DNA from: Sarea resinae
Taxonomy: Eukaryota
Assembly: GCA_026026165.1 (NCBI GenBank)
Contig: JAPEUD010000067.1
Coordinates: 62,001-126,000, forward strand
DNA: 64,000 bases
Reading direction: 5' to 3'
The notes beneath the pieces are model-generated. The model had not been told where the DNA came from and did not search any database. It was given only the letters and a program-made list of their open reading frames with translations. The position numbers and the translations under genes are program-made. Below are positions 43,050 through 53,760 of this stretch, piece after piece (position 1 is the stretch's first letter; each line of letters opens with the position of its first letter).

Positions 43050-44046
43050 GGTCACAGCTGAAGCTTGCAGGCAGAATAAAAGATCCAAGGACGGTCTCGA
43101 GCAGTGGTTCTGGGAAGCAAATTGATTATGATGTTCAAGGTCGATTGGAAAATGACCGTAAGCTGTCTTCGGATTACACTTCATTTGTGACCTCTATTCA
43201 TCCCTTATATGCTCTCCTTTGACCAGCGTACCCTTTTCTTAGCCATGCCCCCACCTCCAGGGAATCGAGCGCGTATAGTACACAGTACTTTCCGACTGTA
43301 ACGCTGCTGCCTAGTCCTGTTGCCGCTGATCAATTCCTGCGTAAGGGGAGGCGCTTTTCGATTGACACTGTTATTAGTCGATAAGTCTGCAAATGTGATA
43401 GCTAACATATTTGGACCCTTGGCTTCATTCATCTCACAACAAGGCTCCCAGAGGCATCTGCCCGGGTACTTGACCTCAGGTGTCCTGATTGATAAGCCGT
43501 TAGCAGGCAGCAGCTTACCATTGTTGATCTCAAAACTCAAAATTGTCCTATCAAGATCTCAAGTGCTGTGGAATGAGTGGGCTACGGTGGGGACAGAGCA
43601 GTAGGCAACAAGACGGCACGGACTACTCCGGAGTAGAACCGCCGATCGTTGCTTCCACCAGGTTAGCGAGTTTTAATATTACTCTTAGGATCTGGTCTTC
43701 TGCCTGAAAGACTAAAAAGGCGACGTATTCCATGTTTCAGCTTGGGACCCCTCCCTCTACTTCCTCACCTGTAGCGGTATAGATGATGACGCTAGCATCG
43801 TATGAGATCTACCGGAGTATCTGGTCCGTCCTCGATAGATTGTCTACAACCTTTCAATACAGGTAGCTCCAGGCGGACTCTAGTACTGAGCATGCGCTTC
43901 AGCTTCATTTTCGGCCTTTCTGTTATGCTCACGTGGTGACAACAAAGCTTTCAGTAGCCCAAGATATCGCTGCTATAATTGGGGGCTCTCGAAACCTCAA
44001 CAAGTGTGATTGGGTTTACCAGTGCGTTCCAAGCCCTAGGAGAGAG

Positions 44047-45511
44047 ATGTTTGACAGCACTTCAGTTTTTCGTTTCTGGACGTGTAGTATCAAAGATTGC
44101 TCTCGAGCCAGTGCGATAGACGTTGGCCATTGTGAGCACTGCCTTAAACACTACTGCGCCATTCACTGGCGCTCTCCATCCCACACCTGTGAGGTAATAG
44201 GCTGTTTACTATATAGCAGCTCGACCACTAATGCCTTTGCAGAGACAACCTTTGGATGATGACACCTGGACAGAGAACCGAAACAAGGAGCTACATGCTC
44301 TCAGAAACAGTATCAACGACGAAGCTCTCCTCCTTCGCGCCTCCAAACTCAACCATGGCATTGAGTGTCGACTCGACGAAAGAAGTCCAATTGAGCACCG
44401 CATGGTTGGTGGGATGCACATGCATCTCCGAATCCAGTTTGCCAATAGCTCTCATACTTGGCTCGCGCGAATTTTGCGTGTGAACTCGACGTCGTTCTCG
44501 GATGAATTCACCAATTACATCCTACTTAGCGAATGCGCGACCATGCAGTGGTTACAGGCCCTGGCTCCAAAGGTGCCCAGTCCTAGGCTTTATGGCTTTG
44601 GTCTACGCAATGATCCCTCTAACCATGTAGGCGTGGCTTATATGCTTGTGGACGAGCTCCCTGGCACGCCTTTGAGCTCGATGAACCTCTCAGCCGATGG
44701 GACACGAAAGGTATACCAGGATTTAGCCGACAGCTTGTTTGCTCTATGGGCTCATCCATTTGATCGAATTGGATCTCTATTTCTTGGAGTCAATGGCAAA
44801 GTTTGTATTAGCGCGACAGCAGGAGACCGGACAGGTACTCTTCCTAGGCTTGGGCCATTCAAAGACGCCAAGGAATACTACGTAGCCTGGTGCGAGGCTT
44901 ACCTGGACCTGATTGCTTCGCAGCAATTGTTTGTTCGATTTCCAGTAAACGCCTATTTGATCTTCCATTTCCTCCGCGAGCAAGCCAGACAAGGAAAATG
45001 GAGCGACTTCGAAGAGAACATCGACAGAGGGCCCTTCTATTTGAAGCACATGGACGACAAGGGCGACCATATCCTCGTAGATGAGGACACGCTCCGGATT
45101 ACCGGCATCATTGACTGGACCTTTGCACGTATTGTGCCTGCGTATGAAGCATTCGGTCCCTCGCTTGTCACGGCGGACATGACCGATATGTACTCTGCAG
45201 TCGTGAAACGGACAGTGCAGGACGAGATACTCGCTGCTGCACTTAGAGAAAAGAACGAAACTTTGGCACAATATGCTGGAGCCTCTGACAAAATCCGCCG
45301 CTTCACCTTCGCGCTCAGTATGGGCGTCGACATCTCATGGGACGAGGCACTAAAGCTATTCGAAGGCCTCATTGTGACTGCTAGCGGCCTCCAATGCGCT
45401 GAGACCTTCGATTGGAACCAGTGGCGCGCTGAGTATTTGGCTAGATTAGGCGACAGCGACGAGAGGCTGATAGCGCTTATGAATGTTCTAGATAGTGATC
45501 TTTTAGATTAG
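44047..45511 (+). CDS. AN1-type zinc finger + APH/choline-kinase-like phosphotransferase (copy 2)
   Basis: Exon 44047-44193 encodes C-x4-C-x10-C-x2-C-x4-C-x2-H-x5-H-x-C, followed by intron 44194-44242. Kinase motifs GGMHMH, WLARI, FYLKHMDDKGDH and GIIDW. Confidence 0.88.
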
Positions 45512-45689
45512 CAGCGAAGATTACAATGACTTCACTTTAGAGAGTATATATTTTTTTTATCAAAGCTACTATATATAAAGATTATACGCTTTATTTATAG
45601 GCACTCTACTACTATTTAACAATGCTTGCAATAGGATTATAGTGTTTAAATCTATTTTTTACTTTTAAGACTGTTATTATAGTCTTAAT

Positions 45690-47319
45690 ACCTTCTATAG
45701 GTGTTATAAATGTTCTATAAGATTCTACAGGGTTCTACTACTTTCTATAGGGTTCTACCACATTCTATCAGCTTCTATAGGTGTGTAGGAGCTTCTAGAT
45801 GTATCTATACTGTCTTGTAACAGTCTGTAACAGTCTAGGTACTTAAGAGTGACTAGAATTAAGGTTATAATTCTAACACACCCCCTTAAGCTTAATTCTA
45901 TAGGATAGGTATGCAATTTAGAACACCTATAGAACTTGGCTTTTTGTAACAGTTGCTATAGGTACGCAGTTTTATGCACCTATAGAACTTGCACCTATAG
46001 AACTTGTTTGTTCTTTAGGTGTAGGCTGTATCTGAATAGCCTTTAGGACTTCTAGCCACCTTTGAGTGCTAAGTGCATCAGCAAAAAGGGAGGTGTGCTA
46101 CAGGTGACTACAGGTGCGCTGTGTAACCCACGTTACCTATGTTACAAACAGTCAACGCTGTAGCGCTACATGTACAGTAGTTTAGGTAGCAGCTACTGTA
46201 GTACTACATAGAATACACTGACTTTGTATATCTTCTACACAATATATTAGTGTCAACTACATGACTATTCTTTTACCTACTAGTAGACTACAGTAGATTC
46301 TAGTAGTTATACTTACTAATCTCTAGAGATTAGATAAAATACATGTAGACACCTACTGTATTACTAATGAATATAGAATACACATGTATTTTAGTAGCTA
46401 CTATATAGCACAGATAACTTATTATATAGAGTCTATACAGTGCGAAAAATAGTGTTAATTATACAGTGAATCTACTAACTAGGAGAATAGGTTAGTTAGT
46501 TAATAATAATGTAAACTATTAATATACTACCTAGTATCTGCTCTAGCTAATTAGGTTTGTAATTTAACTTGTTCTTTAGGTAATAGGCTTAGATCCTCTA
46601 GATCCTCTTCTCTATTATTATAGAACCCTTCTATTAGAACATAGACTTTTCTAGGAGTTAAAGTATTGCTATTAGGGTAGCTGCTCTAACTAGATTTGTT
46701 AATCTAATAGTTCTGCAGATAAGGCTTACAGACTAGATAAGGCTAGTCTAGTAACCTATTAACTAATAGTGTGTTAGTAGAACAATAGTCAACCTAACCT
46801 GTTAGAAGGTAGCACAAAGATATAAGTAGAGGAAGGTGCTAAAGAAGTATAGTATAGAATGATTGTGTATTTTAAACTTAGAGATTCTAGCTATAGAGGT
46901 GTAAGGCAGTTAATATATAGACTTAACTGACTTACTAGAAACTTCTAGTGATAACTAATTACATAAGTGATTTGTAAGCAATAGGCTGACAATGACATAG
47001 GCTTTGTAAGAAAGTTAGGAGATAGTTGTGTAACCCTTATATTATAGAGTTCTATAGATATCTAAGAAATTCTATAGACTTCTAGATAGTTCTAGAACAT
47101 TCTAAGAGGTTCTAGAAGGTTCTAGATGCTTAGTCAGCATGTAGTGATGCTTAGTCAGCATAGCTATAGAATCTTCTAGAATGTTCTATAAGGTTCTATA
47201 GAGTTCTATTAGCTTCTATAGGTTTGTAGAAGCTTCTAGATGTATCTATACTATTATATAACATTTTATAACAGTCTAGATACTTAAGAGTGACTAGAAT
47301 TAAGGTTATAATTCTAACA
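45690..47319 (-). mobile_element. Internally deleted copia-like LTR retroelement (RIP-mutated)
   Basis: LTR 46800-47319 is bounded by TGTTAGAA..TTCTAACA and followed on the minus strand by GGTTA. A second, partial LTR copy ends at 45878 and is preceded on the minus strand by a polypurine tract AAGGGGGTG. Only ~0.9 kb lies between them. Confidence 0.65.
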
Positions 47320-47899
47320 TAACCTAAGTAATCTATTATAATCTAACACATAACTAGAGGTCTATAGATACTAATTAAATAATACATAGTTATAGCACCT
47401 TAGGTAATAATAAAAGGTAATAATAAAAGTACAAGCAATATAAGAAAATAGAAGCAATAGTAATAACGTTACTTTTCTACTATATAGTAGATAGTGCATT
47501 CTAATAGAATTATAGATACAATCTTAATAGTAGCTAGATCTAAATTATATAAGAGGCCTACTTAACTAGAATAAGTGTCTTATCTACTTATATCTAGTGT
47601 AGTCTTCTAACTACTTAAGAACCTAATTTATCCTCTAATAAGCTTAGGTTATATAAGGAGTTATAAGTCCTAGAGATAGAAGCACTATATTAGATATAAT
47701 GTAGCGTTCCTTGCCTTAATGTTTTTTAAGTAGGCTTAGGCTGCCCTTACCTACTACTATCTTTCTCTTTACTAATATAGCAACTCTTAGCAACTTTACT
47801 ATTATAATTTTTACTATTAAAGGTATTCCTTATCTTATTAGCACTTGTATCCTTAGTTAGACTCTGTTATAAGAAGATATAGCGTTTATAGTAGCGAAT

Positions 47900-50400
47900 T
47901 ATTATTAGGCTCTAAATTGTATTAGGGTTTAGGTTGCTTTAGTAATAGTAAACAATATTGCATGCAATATTAAAGCATTGCTTAACTCTAACTGTTAAGA
48001 CTAGGGCTGCTAGAATGTCTCTTACTACTTGCTTAATTGTTAGGAGTTTAACTATAGAGTGTTGCTAGGACTAATTATAAGTTAGTAAGTTTAAAGCGTT
48101 ACAATATTTTGTTACTTACTTTAAGTAGTGTTTAATAAGTAGTAGAGGAGATAGGTATAGAAAGGTATCTTATAGCCTTAATAAGTCTTCTATTCTACAA
48201 TATAGACTTCTGCTAATTTGTAAAAGCAAGTGAATTAAGGGTTAGATAAAGAGGTGTTAGTGTTAGAGTAATATATAGAGTGCTACTCTTAAATTTCTAG
48301 TAGTTAGCTTTATAATACTATAGAAACTGTTGCTAATACTTCTTTATATAAGTTGCGCCTTAGTCTAGACTCTAGAAGAGTAGAAGAGAGAAGTTAGTAA
48401 TATCTCTATAAGCGTTATAAGATAGCGTTACCTTATATGTATTAAGTTTTTACTTTAGGTCTAGAATGCAAGTAAGACTATATAGCTCCTTACTACTATC
48501 TGCTGTTGCACTATAGTATTTGCTTAGGTAAGATAGTAAAGCCTTAATTGCTTTACTAAGGCCTTATTTCTATAGAATATCCTTCTCTAGAAGCTAAGCC
48601 TTTTAGGACTTAAGGTAATTAAAGAGTTTTCTATATGCAAACTAGGTGAGATAAATTGTAACCCTACTAGTTGTAGAAAGGGCTTTAGTCTACACCTTAA
48701 ATAGTTGTAGAATAGCAATTAGATACTCTACTTACTTCTACTTAGTGTTATTTAATTAAAGCTTTTTAGTGATCTAAGATAATTCTTCGCTTTAAACTAG
48801 CTTATTAATTGCATATTGTAGTACTAAGGCATAGGCAAGCATATTAAATGTTAAGTTCTATTAGGTGCAAACATCTTAAATAGGATGTAAGGCTTTGCTA
48901 CCTTAGATATTAAGAAACCTTTTAAGGCGCTAAGGTAATACCTAGATAGCAACAGTGATTTAGCAGACCTAAGGATATATATAAGCAAGAGCATTACTAT
49001 CTGCAGTTACTATAGAGGTACCTTCTAGAGTGTATTGCTAAATATAATAACACTATTAGTTATATCCTTAAGCTCTATTTCTTTCTACATTGTTACAGCT
49101 GTATTGTTTGTTGCAATCGCTAAGAGTGACTTAAGAAGTGCAGTTATAACAAGTTAAATAACATGTGCTATATATAGAACAGCAGAGATAGCTAGGTTCT
49201 AGTTAAAATCCTCTCTTTTAAAGAGGATATTATAAAAGGCTGTTTTTAATGTGCTATTATTTGCAGTATTATCTGTAGTAAGGCTAAGCAAACGCCTTTA
49301 AGATAATATAAGCACTGTTCTTTAATAGGGCACTAGAACTTACCTAAAGTTTATATCGCTATAGAACACTATAGACTGTCTCTATAAGGCGTTGCCCTAT
49401 ATACTACCTAGTTATATACTTAAAGCTAAGTAGCACTTTATAGTAGGACTAGTTAGAAGAGATATAGTATCCTATTATTACTATAAACAAAAGATTATTT
49501 AGTGATGTCTAGCAATCTAAAGCAATAGAAACCTTTGTTATTAGACTAAGGTCTTTTAGAAGAGCTGCCTTAATATTGCAAACATAATTAGAGATATGTG
49601 CTTAAATTATAGACTGCCTTTAGATGTAGAGAGTAGGACAAAGCATGTGTAATGTTCTTTAGAACTAAGCATTCTCTACAGTATAGAACAGTAGATTTAG
49701 ATTAATAACTATATTTAGAAGTTGTTTCTCCTATCGCTCTTAAGTGAATATAGGAAGATTATCCTAAGTAGAAGTCTTTTACTGTTTCTAGAAAAAGCGC
49801 GTTACTATTTGTCGTTATAATATTAGAGACAATACATACCTAGAGACTTGTCTTAAGCGTTATCTATACACTTAACTGCTTTTTCTTAATGTATTGCTAT
49901 GTTATTAGGTAGTTCTTTAGTACTAATGTTCTAGTGTTCTTTATTAATAGATGCTTTAGGATAAAGCTATATAGTCTGCAGCAGACAGCTAGTTATCTAT
50001 TGTTGCTTTTTATATATTAGTCGAAATATTCCTAGTATTTACTATATCTTTGTATTAAATCCTATAGTAGATTCCTAAATTGTGTAAAATTAGCACTATA
50101 TTTTGTATTAGTCTACTAGGTAAGAAACATAGCTGACTTGTTGCTATTAAAGATAATATAGCGATAATAAGAAGTGTAACTAAGTGTAATAGAGGCCTTA
50201 ACTCTCTTAGAGAGTAGAGACTCTAATTCGCGTTACTAATTGTTGTTACTTAAATAGGATTAGGAGTATATACCTAATTGTAGGTCTAACTCCTAGCTAA
50301 TTGTATAAGAGGTAGAGGAAGCTAAGCTCTCCTAGCTTAAAGTTGTAGTTGCTATTGTATAACCTAGGTGTAGAGGCTAGTATAACAATATATAGACACT
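47900..50400 (-). pseudogene. hAT-family transposase, RIP-inactivated
   Basis: VSIALDC*TS (~49503-49532), SLTTDN (~49270), PI*DVCT**N (= PIQDVCTRWN, ~48856-48884), KYY..CILD (~48460-48522) and a dimerisation-domain pattern RDILAA..TV.V..CFNIA (~47905-48045). The 5' end is approximate. Confidence 0.85.
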
Positions 50401-50599
50401 ATAGTAAAGAGACTGCATTATAAGTATATATAGAGGAGTAAAAACACAAACATAACACGTTAAAACTGTGTAGCTAGCTGTAATTAGCTCTATAACAACG
50501 TGTAAAAAGAAGGCTAGTATAGGAGTTAAGTAAAGTAATAATAATTAGTAACAGCAAATATAAAGCATAAGTAGCACAATACTAATATTAGGCTATTAG

Positions 50600-52057
50600 A
50601 ACAGACCTACTAGCTAAGAAAAAGACTAAACTACAGATAGTGCTAGTTGTAACAAGGGATATATTATTAGTGTTTTACTACTTCTACCTAGTGCTTATTT
50701 TAGTATAGTAAAAAGTCACTAAAGAAAGTAAGGCGACTTAGTATGCACACACTGCTTAGGATTAGAGAGGTATATTAACAATAAGAGTTTATAATCTATT
50801 CTCTAAATATGTAGTAAAGAAGCTACAAAATCTACTAATGTTTGTCTTAGACTAGTAATGCATTTTAGTAACTCCTAAGCCCTTATTACTAATAAAAGCT
50901 ACTACTAATTATCTAAGAAAGGTAACGCAATTTAGTAACTCTCTAATTATCTATAGCTATATTAGATAAGCTACTAGCTAGTCTCTCTTTATCTCCTTTA
51001 TTAATATTGTCTAGTTTGTTATTATCCTCTATATCTAACTTATTAATAAACTTGTTATTACTTTCTTCTCTAAGAGTAACCTTATTATTGCTAATCACTA
51101 CCTTAATATTATCGCTGCTAACTAATAAGGCCTTACTCTTAGAATCTATTATGTCTCTAGGGTTTAGAAGAGCCTTAGGATATTCGCAATTAGCTAGAAA
51201 GCGCTAAAGCTCTATTCCTATATCTTTAGAGCTAGCTATTAAGATTCTAGTCTAGAAGGTAGTGTAGATCTCTTGCTCTTATCTGCAGATAAAAGAGGCT
51301 ATACACTTATATAAAGCATCTGCTATTCCTCCTTTGTTATTAGTCTTTAGAGAGAGTGTCTGTAATTTTATTAGCGTTATGTAATTAAAAAAGCGTTACT
51401 AAAATCAGTTACCTTTTAGCTTAGCTCTAAGACTTTGTCAGCTAGCCTAGCCTTAGCTATTTCGTTAAATTTCTCTTTAGCTTTCTACTTCTCTTTGTTT
51501 AATCTAGCTATAATCTTAGACTTAATCTACGCTAAAGATCTCTTCTCTTTCTATCTCTTCTCTTCTAACAGCTTAAAGCGCTTAACTAGTATCTAAGCCT
51601 TCTTATCTTTACTAGCCTCTTAATAGGCAGCTGTTTTAAGTAGAGCAACCTTAGCATTGTGTTTAGCTTTTTAGTCTGCCGCTCTAGCCCTTATTAGTGT
51701 TAGCTTATCTAGAGTTATCTAAGACTTTGTATTCTAAGTATAAGAAGTAAAGGCCTTAGTAGAGTACTAGCTGTAGTCTTTTTACACCTTAATTTTATCT
51801 TCACTACTCTTCTTATATAGCCTATGTTGTTTCTAAGACAGGTTAGTTATATAGTTAAAAGCGTTATTAAAGACTGTTACCTTTTGCATAGAGAACCTAG
51901 CATTATATTCAGCTAATGCTGTAGCAGTCTCCTTATCTATTTTAGTGTCTATAATTATATCTATTATATTGTTATCCTATTAGAGTTAGTAAGTGCTCTA
52001 TATAAAGATATTACTAATAAGCGTTACCTTTTCTATCTTAATCTTCTTCCTAGACAT
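50600..52057 (-). pseudogene. RIP-mutated spliced gene with charged coiled-coil character
   Basis: ATG at 52057 (MSRKKIKIEK), intron GTAACG..CTAAC..TAG, then a K/E/A-rich helical reading. The 3' end is approximate. Confidence 0.45.
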
Positions 52058-53139
52058 CTTAAGTCTTATTAGATTAAGACTATTAGATTAGATTAAGATT
52101 ATTAGATTAGATTAAGATTATTAAATCAGATTAATATTATTAAATCAGATTAATAACCTTTGTTAGATTAGGAATCTATATCTGAATTTCTTTTAACTTA
52201 AGTGTTAGTTACTATCTGTAGTTACTATTATATAATATAATAGTAGAACTTACTAAGGTGATAAAAGTATGCTCTTCTAAGAAGTTTTAGTAGAGAAATT
52301 AGGTATCCTTTTTCTAAATTTAGATTTTCAGCTAATATAGTATAGACTTTTGTTCTTAGTTACTATATACTGTTACTATTATATAGTGCAATGTCTAGAG
52401 AGAATAGAAATTAAGTTTGTAGACAATTAGTGAAAAAATTAATAGTAGAGGAGATAGAAGAAGTTGTAAGTAGTGAGTAATTAGTTAAGGAAAGAAGTAA
52501 GAAGAGTTAAGGAAGAAAAAGGTTAAAAGCTGCAAGTATTATGCTTTAAAAGTCATATAACTCTATAGTATATGCTGCATTCACTGTTTTTTGCATTCAC
52601 TATATTTAAGATGTTTAATGATTTTTGTGCTAAAACTTAATCCTTATATAGAGTTATACTACTAGCACACGCGGCATACTATACTGCTACACTTCTACTT
52701 ACCTATATATCTAAGTGCTAAATCTTCCTCTTACTACCTACACACCTCTACCTTACTACCTCTCTTCTCTAGCTATTATACCTCTATAGATTTCCTTTAG
52801 ATTATTATACTTCTTTAATATCCTAGCTAGTAACTTAGAAAGGTAACTAGCATATGTATGCCTGCTTAATTAGAGCTATTAATTCTACTTTACCTTACTA
52901 TTCTCTAAAGTTAGGTGAGTTATAATCTAAGATTATAAGGTAACAGCATCTAGTAACGCTAATCTGTTTTATAGATCTTACACTATTATTAAGTCTTATT
53001 ATTATTATTATTAAGTCTTATTATTATCCTTAAGTCTTATTATTATCACTAAATCTTATTATTATTATTAAGTCTACTCTATATAAGTCTTTTTAATAGT
53101 AACAGAATATAGTAACTAACTCTTACTTAAACAGCAATT

Positions 53140-53760
53140 ATAGGGCGCACTAAGCAACATGCAAAGTGCTTTGACTTTAACTATCCTACTCTCTCTAAGG
53201 TTATAAAGTCATATTAGAGTAGATAAGACAAATACTATAAGAGCTTTAATAAGCGCTATAAGAAATAGGATAAGCAGCGTTGCAATGCCTTAGCTAGGAA
53301 TAAAGCTTTTACTATAGCTAAGCTAGTAATAAATAATGTCTATAGGAAGACTAAACTAGGCAGTAAGTTCTTTATCTACTGTTCTATAGTAACGCATATT
53401 AGTAACGCAATGTCTTCTAGCAAGCGCGCTTTGTCAGATAAAATACTATTAAAAAGGTAGCTAACTCTTATTGCTAAAGACAGCATTCTACTGCTTAGTC
53501 TAAGAAGTAGTAACTAATCTGCATCTATCTAAGTCCTTTTATTTCTAAGGCTCTGCTATTAATACTATTTAGGAAGCGATAGAACTTTATATATCTAGCT
53601 TCTTTAATAGTAAGTCAAGCTTAATGTTCTAAAGTAACAGCATATAGTAACGCTCTTTTCAGACTCTAACAACATAGCTATCTATGCTAATAGGGTTACA
53701 ATCTAGCAGAAAGACATGCAATTAGTAAAGAAGACAATAGAGAATTTAGCAGTCTACTCT
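53140..53760 (+). pseudogene. RIP-mutated small spliced gene with H3-tail-like N-terminus
   Basis: ATA(ATG) GGG CGC ACT AAG CAA CAT GCA AAG TGC reads (M)GRTKQHAK(C/R). Basic exon to ~53362, then GTAAGT intron to ~53420. The 3' end is approximate. Confidence 0.45.

Noticed and set aside
40942..45511. Identification as Spok meiotic-drive genes
   Set aside because: Spok proteins have an N-terminal coiled coil and a nuclease domain before the Cys cluster and kinase. These proteins are ~450-470 aa and lack those parts.
51007..51207. Leu/Ser-rich ORF (also 59476-59661)
   Set aside because: Antisense artefacts of RIP-mutated acidic coding tracts.
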